Positions 1 to 8,480 of a stretch of DNA of 32,000 bases are shown here, in pieces. The notes under the pieces are model-generated. The model was not told the origin of the DNA and did not search any database. It saw only the letters and a list, made by a program, of their open reading frames with translations. The stretch covers positions 53,265 to 85,264 of the forward strand of contig JALVPN010000040.1 in NCBI GenBank assembly GCA_027031765.1, in the 5' to 3' direction. Source of the DNA: Promethearchaeota archaeon. Lineage in GTDB: Archaea > Asgardarchaeota > Thorarchaeia > Thorarchaeales > Thorarchaeaceae. Numbering within the stretch: the first letter of the stretch is position 1; each line of letters opens with the position of its first letter. The position numbers were made by a program, and so were the translations under genes.

Positions 1-332
1 CCATCATGATTCCCGGGGACAATGGTGATGGGGACTAGTTCCGCAATGGACTCCACGAACGTGGGAATTGTGTGCCAGTTGTAGTAGGCATCTGTGTGGA
101 GAGCATGTTTCACGTCCCCAAGTAGAACAAGATGTGTAGCATGATACTTGTTGATGAGGGCGCGGACTCGTCCTGCAATGACCGTATGTTGTGGTGGGAC
201 AGAGATGCCAGATTGTGCCATCAGGGCCGCCTCATACCCGAGGTGCAAGTCCGCCACGACGACTGTACGGCCATGGGAGTTGTCAATGACAGCAGCACCA
301 GCATCAAACACAAACATCGGTATGTAGGACAT
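1..332 (-). CDS. Metallophosphoesterase (calcineurin-like, COG1407/Lhr-associated MPE type); C-terminus runs off the window edge
   Basis: Not in the ORF track; translated by hand from ATG at 332: MSYIPMFVFDAGAAVIDNSHGRTVVVADLHLGYE...LVLLGDVKH...IVPGNHD. It shows the DxH, GD and GNHD metallophosphoesterase motifs in the expected order. Confidence 0.88.
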   Translation of the reverse strand, partial: MSYIPMFVFDAGAAVIDNSHGRTVVVADLHLGYEAALMAQSGISVPPQHTVIAGRVRALINKYHATHLVLLGDVKHALHTDAYYNWHTIPTFVESIAELVPITIVPGNHD

Positions 333-369
333 GAACAGGCCGTCTTGTTTTAATGCCACCGCAATGTAG

Positions 370-786
370 GTGTTCATGTGCGGAGAGATGTTGCCAGAGC
401 ATGAGGCCAGAATCCTAGCGCGGGGCGAACTGACACAGGGGGAGAACCAGTACTTCCGGAAACGCTATGGAAAGAGGTTCATACGTGCGCTCCGTGCAGT
501 AGAAGAGGGACGCGTCGTCCGCTATCACTTCATGCCTAGTGACACCACCGTTTGGATAGTCCGTGGGAGTGATGACGAGTACAGGGTAATCCCAGGCATT
601 TTCTGCACGGGACGCGACTTCTACCAGTCCGTCGTGATGTCTCGTGAGAGCAAGATGTGCTATCACATGCTGGCGCAGCAGATTGCGGAGCTACGTGGCA
701 CGTACGAAACTGTAGAGGCAACTGACAGCGAGCGACGCCAAATCCTTTCGAGGTGGAGGGCAAGGTTCAGTGTAGACATGGTGTGA
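370..786 (+). CDS. SWIM zinc-finger family protein (COG5431-like), second Cys replaced by Gly
   Basis: Segment DEYRVIPGIFCTGRDF...KMCYHMLA matches the archaeal SWIM pattern CxCxDF...CxH. Start uncertain (370 GTG, 376 ATG or 388 ATG). Confidence 0.7.
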   Translation: MFMCGEMLPEHEARILARGELTQGENQYFRKRYGKRFIRALRAVEEGRVVRYHFMPSDTTVWIVRGSDDEYRVIPGIFCTGRDFYQSVVMSRESKMCYHMLAQQIAELRGTYETVEATDSERRQILSRWRARFSVDMV

Positions 787-970
787 GTAGAGTGGCAGAC
801 ACTCCATCGTGGGGCGACCCGGTTGTTCTATGTGCCAGGGTGACATATGTGGAGTCATGGGCATGGCAGACGGGAGGCTGACCCGTCCGCTACCTCGCCA
901 CAAGAGTGTGATGGAATGTAGCAGACCCCTCCACGCACATGGCCTTGAAGGGGTCGAGTGACACGGTAGG

Positions 971-977
971 TTTAAAA
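971..977 (+). promoter_or_regulatory. TATA box candidate for the membrane glycoprotein gene
   Basis: TTTAAAA in GC-rich intergenic DNA about 50 nt upstream of ATG 1029. Confidence 0.5.
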
Positions 978-1028
978 CGAAGACCAAGGTGTGGCACCAA
1001 GACTGAGCAGAGAGGACGGACTGAGCTC

Positions 1029-2150
1029 ATGTTGTGCTCCAGGAGCATCTCAAAGATCCATGTTGCATCCGTACTGATTCTAGTTGTGCTCTCCTCTTCA
1101 TTCCAGTGTACCGTAAGGGCGCAGAAATCGCTTGACCAGGTTGTTGTATTGTATGATGCGTCTCACAGACAACAGTTCGCTCCTGACGATGCTGATCAAG
1201 GGCTCAAACTCATGCTTGACATGGTCAATGTCTCGACTAGGTACGTTGTGAAGGTCAACAATGACGACCCCCTCAACGACACAACCCTCAGTGGTGTTGA
1301 TGTCCTCATTCTGGCTTCACCCGACAAGAGCAACGAGTTCACCGACGTAGAAGTGCGTGGGATTGCGGAACTCTTACACAATGGCAGCTCGTTGTTTGTC
1401 CTAGGCGACCCCAGCATCGATCAGAACTCGACGTACTGGAACGACTTTGAGTTCCAAGACCTTGGTGAGAACATCGCAATAAACAGGCTCCTCGATGCGC
1501 TGAACATCACGGGCGCAAGGTACAGTATCAACCATACAATTGTTGGTGATGACGAGTACTGGTGGGGCGACACGATGTTTGACTACGAGCATGCACTCAA
1601 CACCTCGTCACCATCAATCATACGTCTGGACAGCTCAACCTGGGACACGACACACCCGATTTTCAAGGACATAAACGAAATCATCACAATGACATCGACA
1701 CTGAAGCCGATGAACACAACAGGTGCGATTGCAAAGGGCTACGACACCTCCTTCGCTCAGTACCGTAGGGGGCCCAACACCTTCGCGAACATATCATTTC
1801 CAAACATGTCGCTCACAGAGTTTGCCGAGAGGCCACTGTCATACTCGGCAATCAATGGCACATTCCCACCGTGGCTTGCTGCATTCAAGATCAACCGGAG
1901 CCGAATAGTGATGAGTGGCTCCACCATCATGTTCTCGGCAAGAGAGCTCGACCTCCCAGAGGACGATGCCAGGTCTGATGAGAAGTGGTTCTATCAAGGT
2001 GACAACCGGTTCCTGTTCATGAACATCCTAGACTGGCTGTCAGAGGAGTTCATTGAAACACCCACAGCCACAACGTACATGCTTGTGCTATCAGCAGGCA
2101 TGATACTTGTCGGAGTGGTATACTACATCGCTCAGAAGAAACGGCGCTAG
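1029..2150 (+). CDS. Type I membrane glycoprotein with GIFT/DUF4350-like (GldG/IFT52/OST48) extracellular domain
   Basis: Signal peptide (VASVLILVVLSSSFQCTVRA), VVVLYDASH and VDVLILASP segments typical of GIFT-type domains, DN..LFMNILDWL end motif, C-terminal TM helix followed by QKKRR-stop, 12 N-x-S/T sequons. Start moved from 939 to ATG 1029. Confidence 0.7.
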   Translation: MLCSRSISKIHVASVLILVVLSSSFQCTVRAQKSLDQVVVLYDASHRQQFAPDDADQGLKLMLDMVNVSTRYVVKVNNDDPLNDTTLSGVDVLILASPDKSNEFTDVEVRGIAELLHNGSSLFVLGDPSIDQNSTYWNDFEFQDLGENIAINRLLDALNITGARYSINHTIVGDDEYWWGDTMFDYEHALNTSSPSIIRLDSSTWDTTHPIFKDINEIITMTSTLKPMNTTGAIAKGYDTSFAQYRRGPNTFANISFPNMSLTEFAERPLSYSAINGTFPPWLAAFKINRSRIVMSGSTIMFSARELDLPEDDARSDEKWFYQGDNRFLFMNILDWLSEEFIETPTATTYMLVLSAGMILVGVVYYIAQKKRR

Positions 2151-2157
2151 CCCAAGT

Positions 2158-2748
2158 CTACCAGTCGGGGACAGGAAGTCCGCGACGCTTGAGTGATAGG
2201 GACATGGCATTGGCAAGGTCGTCTATGCCATGCCCCTGACGGGCAGACATTGTAATCAGGGTCAGCCGCCGGTCAGGTACGGCCGCAACGAGGCGGCTCC
2301 GGAGATATGACACCTCCACCTCACGTTGGTGTTTCCTGAGCTTGTCAATTTTGTTGGCGACCACAATGACATCTGGGGAGATTTCGCTCAGGAAGCTATA
2401 GAACTCGATGTCGACCGGTATCTCACCACGCCTCTCCCAACGGTCAACGAGTTGTCTGAACAGTGATATGTCAACAATCAGGACTGACAGTACAATCCGC
2501 TCGCCCCACGCCTCGAGTTGCCGGACAACATGGGTCTTCATACGGTCGATATCACGTCGACTCATCCGTGCCATGTGACCAAAGCCGGGTGTGTCAACGA
2601 GGAGGAGTGGGCCGAGGTCGATGATGCGCTCCCAGCGAGTACTCCCCGGCTTCTTGCCCACCACAACTCTCCTGCCGGTGAGAGCCCGGAGAATGCTGCT
2701 CTTACCCACATTGCTACGGCCTGCGAAGACGACCATTGGCTTCTCCAC
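2158..2748 (-). CDS. engB: GTP-binding protein EngB (YihA/YsxC family)
   Basis: G1 AGRSNVGKS, G2 KPGST, G3 DTPGFG, G4 NKID. Probable GTG start at 2748, one base after the lhr stop, with GGAG upstream. Confidence 0.88.
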   Translation of the reverse strand: MEKPMVVFAGRSNVGKSSILRALTGRRVVVGKKPGSTRWERIIDLGPLLLVDTPGFGHMARMSRRDIDRMKTHVVRQLEAWGERIVLSVLIVDISLFRQLVDRWERRGEIPVDIEFYSFLSEISPDVIVVANKIDKLRKHQREVEVSYLRSRLVAAVPDRRLTLITMSARQGHGIDDLANAMSLSLKRRGLPVPDW

Positions 2749-2749
2749 T

Positions 2750-5584
2750 TCAACTCCAGAACGGCCTTGTTCGGGCATATTCGGCCTCCGCTCGTGCAAT
2801 AGCTCGTAGCAGCTCGGTACGGTCTGTCATGTGAGGCTTAAGAATCTGTGCGGCAGTGTGCGGGCCAATCCCATGACCCGCCAGTACCAACAACGCACGC
2901 TTCCCGTATTGGGCAACAAGCGACGCTGCAAGAGAAGCCGACTTGAGTTCTCGCTGTTCGGTACGTGTGAGCCGGACTCCCGACCTCTGTCTGCGGAGAA
3001 CCTGTTCCACTCTGGGGTGGTCAGGGGGCTGGGGGGCAATCATTGAGGAACCACAGGCCGGACACTGGACATGAGCCTCAAGGGTGCGTAGCGTACGTAA
3101 CGAACTCCACCCGCAGTTCGTACAGACCAGCCTGAACTGTTTTCCAAGCAGTCTGTCTTCGAGGAGGCTGAGCACCTCGGCCTCATCCGCAACATCGGAG
3201 ATGACCTCGAATCGTGTCTTTGTTTCCAAAATCAGGCGTGCCAAGGGCGAGGGGCGACCGGTGCGCACTACGATCACGGAACACGACCCCTCACTGACTG
3301 CGTCAAAGACTGCGGATATGCGACCCGTGTCAAACTTCTCAACCAGCACTTCACGCGTTGCCTCATCAAACACGGGTGTACCCTCCAATGCACGGATCAA
3401 CCGTGAAACTGGAACCTCGCTGAGGGGTACATCCTTCCTGACGGCACCCATCCGACGGGCAACATGGACGAACCGTGACCCGAATGTCTGCGTCTGTCGG
3501 AGGGCTAGTCGGAGTATCTCCAGCGCCTGAGCACCCGTGTACTCGTGGAGAGCATCAACAACAGCATCCGCAGGGACACCCCCACTTGCTGCAAGGAGAA
3601 TGCGATACGGGTCGCATTCCACAGCAACGTCCTGGCCACACCTCGTTGTCAACAGCGCGGCAAGGACAATACCCAGCCCTTCATTCGTCTGTGAGCCAAG
3701 GGGCGCATGGACAACAACGCCATCACCAAAGTCTTCAACAAGCAGGCAAGTCGGGGACGGTAGATGTCCAAGGACATGCAGCGCCTCGGTAACAGTTTCA
3801 ATGACCAGGTCCTGGGCGCTGCCAACAATCCGATACTGGCTGTCCAGGTAGAACCGTGCGGTAGACTCGTCCTTCTCACCCACTACGTGCCAGAGCCGGG
3901 CAACTTCTGCAGCGACCTCATACGGAACCGGGATCATCTCCCCGACCCAGTGGGGCGTTTGGGTGTCAACATTGCTGACTGGGACACATAGTATCTCTTC
4001 GGGTTCAACACTCACAACACACCAAGGCCGTCCCCGGATTATGAACACGGAGCCCTGTTCAACGTGTTCTGCAACATACTCCTCGTCCAGTACACCAATA
4101 CTTGTGCGGGTCGTCATGTCTAACGCAGTCACACGCCTGATGTCAGGGATTGTACTGAGGTGTTCATAGTAGAACTTCCTGCACCAAGGGCCAGGCAACA
4201 CGTTGTCCCCATCAACACGCACAACATTCTGCTGGGCCATATACTCAAGAACACGGATCAGTTCGGTTCGGCTCAGCGATGAGAAAGGGTATGCGGAACG
4301 GACTATGTCCAGCAGGAGGTCGACTCTTGCACCCATTGTTTCAAGGACAATCCCCGAGAGCTGGTGCATCAATACATCAAGTGCAAGGACCGGAATCTTT
4401 GTGGGCTCGACTTTATGTGCTCTTGCCCGTCTCAAGATCACGGCAGCCTCGGTCACATCATCGAGGTTGTTGGTGGCGAGAACTACGCCTTCTCCCACAG
4501 CATCCACTCTGTGACCGGCCCGCCCAATGCGCTGCAGAGCCCGTCCAACCTGCCGGGGGCTGGAGTACTGGACTACGAGGTCGGTATGGCCGATGTCGAT
4601 TCCAAGCTCAAGGCTGGATGTCGCAATCACAGCCCGGGAATGGTGGGACTTGAACTGGTCTTCAGCGGCCATCCGGGCCTCGCGAGAGAGAGACCCGTGG
4701 TGCACATCGAACTTGAAGTCCGGACTGAGCAGACGCATCTTTGCACCGAGGGTCTCGGCAAATGAACGAGTGTTGGTGAATACAATCGTGGAGTTGTGGC
4801 CCTCAACCAGTTCGACAATCCGGCGGAGGCGTGCTGTAGAATGAGGGGGATAATGGAGTTGCTGCGCGACCCGAAAATCCTCTGCGGTGGGAACCGGCAT
4901 CTCAACACGTAGCCGTGTCCGCCTCTTGCTATAGCCCCCCCAGAGGATGTGGACTTGATGGCGCCGCCCACCCAGCAGCTGTGCAACATCACGGGGGTTG
5001 CCGACGGTTGCCGACAGTCCAATCCGTTGGACAGGAGCACCTGTGACACGCTCAAGCCGTTCCAGTGCCACTGCAAGTTGTGTGCCGCGCTTGCTGCCCG
5101 CGAGCTCGTGCACTTCATCAACAACAACAGCGAACACACTGTGCAAGTGAGTGCGCATACGCTTTCCCGGCAGTATTGCCTGCAGTGTTTCAGGGGTTGT
5201 AATCAGTAGCTGAGGGGGAGATATGGCCTGCTTCCGTCGCATGTACTGTGAGGTATCACCGTGCCGCGTCTGGGCGACTACCCCCAACTCCTCACAGAGC
5301 TGCACGACCCGTTTCAGTACGTCACGGTTAAGAGCACGGAGTGGGGTCACATACAGTACAAGGATGCCATGAGATTGCCGCCGTGAAACTACTGTGAGCA
5401 TACGGGTCAGGAGAGGTAGTAGTGCCGCCTCAGTCTTGCCGGAACCCGTTGGGGACAGGAGCAGTACGTCTTCACCGCGGCTAACAGCTGGGATTGCCAG
5501 TTCCTGGATGGGTGTTGGTTGTGTAATCCCATTCCGCTCCAAGAACTCGCGGATTGGTGGCGCAAGCAGATTAAATGCTCCCAC
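2750..5584 (-). CDS. lhr: Lhr-family SF2 DEAD/DEAH helicase with C-terminal Cys-rich Zn-binding region
   Basis: SPTGSGKTEAA, DEVHE, GLSATVGN, HHGSLS, ATSSLELGIDIG, QRIGRAGH motifs; C-terminal CTNC...CPAC. GTG start at 5584 preceded by GAGGTGG. Confidence 0.93.
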   Translation of the reverse strand: MGAFNLLAPPIREFLERNGITQPTPIQELAIPAVSRGEDVLLLSPTGSGKTEAALLPLLTRMLTVVSRRQSHGILVLYVTPLRALNRDVLKRVVQLCEELGVVAQTRHGDTSQYMRRKQAISPPQLLITTPETLQAILPGKRMRTHLHSVFAVVVDEVHELAGSKRGTQLAVALERLERVTGAPVQRIGLSATVGNPRDVAQLLGGRRHQVHILWGGYSKRRTRLRVEMPVPTAEDFRVAQQLHYPPHSTARLRRIVELVEGHNSTIVFTNTRSFAETLGAKMRLLSPDFKFDVHHGSLSREARMAAEDQFKSHHSRAVIATSSLELGIDIGHTDLVVQYSSPRQVGRALQRIGRAGHRVDAVGEGVVLATNNLDDVTEAAVILRRARAHKVEPTKIPVLALDVLMHQLSGIVLETMGARVDLLLDIVRSAYPFSSLSRTELIRVLEYMAQQNVVRVDGDNVLPGPWCRKFYYEHLSTIPDIRRVTALDMTTRTSIGVLDEEYVAEHVEQGSVFIIRGRPWCVVSVEPEEILCVPVSNVDTQTPHWVGEMIPVPYEVAAEVARLWHVVGEKDESTARFYLDSQYRIVGSAQDLVIETVTEALHVLGHLPSPTCLLVEDFGDGVVVHAPLGSQTNEGLGIVLAALLTTRCGQDVAVECDPYRILLAASGGVPADAVVDALHEYTGAQALEILRLALRQTQTFGSRFVHVARRMGAVRKDVPLSEVPVSRLIRALEGTPVFDEATREVLVEKFDTGRISAVFDAVSEGSCSVIVVRTGRPSPLARLILETKTRFEVISDVADEAEVLSLLEDRLLGKQFRLVCTNCGWSSLRTLRTLEAHVQCPACGSSMIAPQPPDHPRVEQVLRRQRSGVRLTRTEQRELKSASLAASLVAQYGKRALLVLAGHGIGPHTAAQILKPHMTDRTELLRAIARAEAEYARTRPFWS

Positions 5585-5619
5585 AGGTTGCCACCTCAAG
5601 GGCGCGATTGACGCCCAGA

Positions 5620-5865
5620 CTAGTCGGTAGAGCATGTGACACCAAGTCTACGAAGCACATGTTCCATTTCGTCCAAGAGGATACGTACATCGGTTCGGAG
5701 CGTTATGTCAGCACCCGCCACGACTTGTTTCAGCCTAGCCCGAACAGACTGGAGAGAGTCCGCTTCGCGAGCAATGTCACCGACGAGCTCACGGACATAG
5801 GACAGGTTGTGTATGTGACCTGCCACGTTCTCAAATGCCACAAGGAGGACTTCACCGGGTTTCAT
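5620..5865 (-). CDS. Small helical hypothetical protein (81 aa)
   Basis: MKPGEVLLVAFENVAGHIHNL..., ATG 5865 preceded by GGTGATA RBS, co-oriented just upstream of lhr. Confidence 0.6.
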   Translation of the reverse strand: MKPGEVLLVAFENVAGHIHNLSYVRELVGDIAREADSLQSVRARLKQVVAGADITLRTDVRILLDEMEHVLRRLGVTCSTD

Positions 5866-6010
5866 ATCAGAGGTATCACCACGAACAGGTGTAGGATGAA
5901 AGTGTGGGGCACCAACCGACAGTCTAGACACATTGGACAGGCCGCCATGGCCCAAGTGGTATGAGCAGTTTTACGTTTAGCTTGAGTACTGGTCAATCCC
6001 GTGTGTTGCG

Positions 6011-6121
6011 CTACTCCTCTTCCTCCTCGCCATAGACAGTATACGCAAGGATGAGGAGGAGAGCAAAGAAGCCCATTGCATTGAGGACAATCCCAAGAAT
6101 GGGGGTCAGGTCGGCTTGCAT
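6011..6121 (-). CDS. 36-aa single-pass membrane miniprotein with poly-Glu tail (OST4-like candidate)
   Basis: Hand translation MQADLTPILGIVLNAMGFFALLLILAYTVYGEEEEE*. TTATAA box at 6152-6157, about 31 nt upstream, suggests a leaderless transcript. Confidence 0.7.
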   Translation of the reverse strand: MQADLTPILGIVLNAMGFFALLLILAYTVYGEEEEE

Positions 6122-6151
6122 GACAATCTTGTGGGAGCGGACTCTAGGAAC

Positions 6152-6157
6152 TTATAA
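6152..6157 (-). promoter_or_regulatory. TATA box candidate for the miniprotein gene
   Basis: TTATAA at canonical distance from ATG 6121. Confidence 0.5.
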
Positions 6158-6260
6158 TGGTTACGACGAAACATATTGTCGTAATCATGGTGCAGGGGGA
6201 GGTCATCATGGCCACTGCGGCAGCAAAGTCACGACGGAACATATTGTCGTGATTATGGTG
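6157..6260 (+). repeat. Two imperfect direct repeats (about 33 nt, 68-nt period), each a hairpin with AACAUA loop
   Basis: 6160-6192 gttacgacgaaacatattgtcgtaatcatggtg versus 6228-6260 gtcacgacggaacatattgtcgtgattatggtg; the differences preserve base pairing. Confidence 0.85.
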
Positions 6261-6485
6261 GTGGGGCCACGCCGGCTCCAAGAACTCATAGTGGTCAAGA
6301 CGGGACACGGCTTATCGCCATTCCCCCATCAGGGGGCCGGGTAACCAGTGGCAACGCCCATAGAAAACCGGCAACGACCATGGTGCTCCGTATGGCCCGT
6401 GAGGACTACAGGTCACCCGAAACCAGTATGCATCGTACAGATGCGACAGTGGTTGGTAGTCAAGCAGGGTATAGGCCGGCGGGTG

Positions 6486-6740
6486 CTATTCTGCCTCCGT
6501 ACTACTGGACTCGTAGAACTTGTCAATGAAAGACCCGTAGACGTCGACCGGCTCGGTCAGTGATGTCACTTCATCAATCAGCATCTCCAAGCCACATGCC
6601 CCGCACTTCACAGTAGCCCAGCCAGCCTCCTTGTGCAGCTCTATCTTGATTGCGGTGTTACCACAGTCAGGGCAGGGGTATACATCGGGAATCCGCTTTG
6701 GTGGCCGTCGACGAATCTTCTGCCTTCTTCTTCGTCCCAT
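6486..6740 (-). CDS. elf1: Transcription elongation factor Elf1
   Basis: MGRRRRQKI basic N-terminus, CPDC...CGAC zinc ribbon, EPVDVYGSFID C-terminal motif. Confidence 0.92.
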   Translation of the reverse strand: MGRRRRQKIRRRPPKRIPDVYPCPDCGNTAIKIELHKEAGWATVKCGACGLEMLIDEVTSLTEPVDVYGSFIDKFYESSSTEAE

Positions 6741-6980
6741 GTTGTTCGCCTCTGTCTATGTTCCACACCGTGGAGCTGGATGCCCAAGAAGCAGAGCAGG
6801 CTGGAACTCGTGTGGGATGTTTTAAACATTATGATGGGTTAGAACCAGTGCGGGTCAGTGCCGTTGTCCTTCATGAGCAGGTCGGGGAGTGGTCATGCAG
6901 ACTGACAGCTCTGTCGAGTGCAAGGGTATACATACACATAACAGAGAGTTAATATCTCGGCTCGTTGTGCGGAACCAACA

Positions 6981-7214
6981 ATGTCAGAGCTATCAAAGAA
7001 CGCACAGTGCGTCCTCAGGATTCTTGAAACCGCCGACTCACTTACGACCAGTGAGATTCTCGAACTCGCGCGGAGTAAGGAGTTTGCAGACATCTGTACC
7101 GACTGTGCAGGTGGCGACACGTTCATTGCTGCAGCGAACCAGCTGGTCGAGAGAGGACTGATTAGGCGCAGGTTCGGTCGTGGGGGCTACCGGTGGGAAC
7201 TCGTCCGGGAGTGA
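6981..7214 (+). CDS. Small winged-helix protein with CxxC insertion
   Basis: VLRILETADSLTTSEILEL (helices 1-2), ICTDCAG, ANQLVERGLI (helix 3), wing GGYRWEL. Ends 6 nt before sufS; TTAATA box about 6950. Confidence 0.7.
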   Translation: MSELSKNAQCVLRILETADSLTTSEILELARSKEFADICTDCAGGDTFIAAANQLVERGLIRRRFGRGGYRWELVRE

Positions 7215-7220
7215 TGCATA

Positions 7221-8453
7221 ATGTTGGATGTGAGAGAGGACTTCCCTGTCCTGAAGAGGAGGATAAACGGGCATCCACTAGTATACCTTGACAGTGCATG
7301 CATGTCCCTAAAACCAAAGCAGGTGGTCAATGCGATGAGGGAATACTATGAGGTATTCCCGGCCTGTGGAGGCAGGAGCATCCACCGACTAGGAGAGGAG
7401 GTCTCTAATGCATGCGCTAGTGCAAGGGAGCGGTTTGCCAGGTTCATCAATGCTGCAGAGAGTAGCGAGTGCATCTGGACACGCAATGCGACCGAGTCGT
7501 TGAATATTGTTGCAGCGTGCACGGATCTGTCTGCCGGCTCCAAAATCGTCACGACATCACTGGAACACCACAGTGGTTCGTTGCCATTTGTGGAGAGGGC
7601 AAGGCGCGACGGGCTGAAGATAGAGGTGGTAGAGGCAAGACCTGACGGCACATTTGATATCGAAGACTGGAAGAGTGCAATTGACAGCTCGACCAGAATG
7701 GTATCAGTGGTACACTCTTCAAACGTCACAGGAACCATCGCACCACTGAAGGAGATTGTCGAGATTGCACATGACCGTGGTGCACTGGTCATATCCGATG
7801 ATGCGCAGTTTGCCCCACATCACCCCTTGGACGTACAGGCGCTCGATGTGGACTTCTCCGCAATCTCAGTACACAAGATGTGTGGGCCGACAGGGATGGG
7901 AGTCCTGTACGGGAAGATTGAACACTTGAAGTCGATGCGGATGTTCCTCTATGGCGGGGACACGGTCAGTGATGTGCGCTATGAAGAGGGGAGAATACTT
8001 CCCGAGTACCTGCCACCACCAGAGAAGTACGAGGCAGGCCTCCAGAACTATGCCGGGATAATTGGTGCCGGCGCAGCAGCGGACTATCTACAGTCGCTAG
8101 GCATGGACGAGATAGAGAAGCACGAGAGAGGCCTCTTGGAAAGAGCCCTGAAGGAACTTAGCGACATGGATCACATACACATTGTTGGTACGGATGACAC
8201 CAACATTAAGACAGGACTCGTGACATTCACAATCGACACAATTGGGGCGGCCCATGACATTGCGACCTTCCTCAGTGAGGAATATGGCGTGATGATACGA
8301 AGTGGGTGGCACTGTGTAGGTCCGTTCCACTATCAACTGGGGATTGACCCTACAAAGGGCTCAGCACGAGCTAGTTTCTACATATACAACAACATAGATG
8401 ATCTGAGTACGTTTGCCCAAGGGGTTCGCGCGCTCATTGAGATGAGTTCATGA
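7221..8453 (+). CDS. sufS: Cysteine desulfurase, class II (SufS/CsdA type)
   Basis: REDFPVL, VYLDSACMSLKP, PLP-lysine SVHKMCGPTGMG, catalytic RSGWHC, RASFYIYN. Confidence 0.92.
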   Translation: MLDVREDFPVLKRRINGHPLVYLDSACMSLKPKQVVNAMREYYEVFPACGGRSIHRLGEEVSNACASARERFARFINAAESSECIWTRNATESLNIVAACTDLSAGSKIVTTSLEHHSGSLPFVERARRDGLKIEVVEARPDGTFDIEDWKSAIDSSTRMVSVVHSSNVTGTIAPLKEIVEIAHDRGALVISDDAQFAPHHPLDVQALDVDFSAISVHKMCGPTGMGVLYGKIEHLKSMRMFLYGGDTVSDVRYEEGRILPEYLPPPEKYEAGLQNYAGIIGAGAAADYLQSLGMDEIEKHERGLLERALKELSDMDHIHIVGTDDTNIKTGLVTFTIDTIGAAHDIATFLSEEYGVMIRSGWHCVGPFHYQLGIDPTKGSARASFYIYNNIDDLSTFAQGVRALIEMSS

Positions 8454-8480
8454 GGACTATTGGGGCAAGAGGAACCCGGT

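Noticed and set aside
3084-5209. Many 70-240-aa antisense ORFs over lhr, and similarly over rpa, DP2 and DUF460
   Set aside because: Shadow ORFs expected opposite long GC-rich genes; Ser/Arg/Thr-rich with no motifs.
6157-6260. CRISPR array or SECIS interpretation of the twin hairpins
   Set aside because: Only two units and no cas genes; neither hairpin has both the AUGA and GA halves of a SECIS core, and no in-frame UGA selenoprotein was found nearby.
6981-7214. Z-DNA-binding Z-alpha assignment for the small wHTH
   Set aside because: The wing Trp is present but the diagnostic Asn/Tyr pair of the recognition helix is not.
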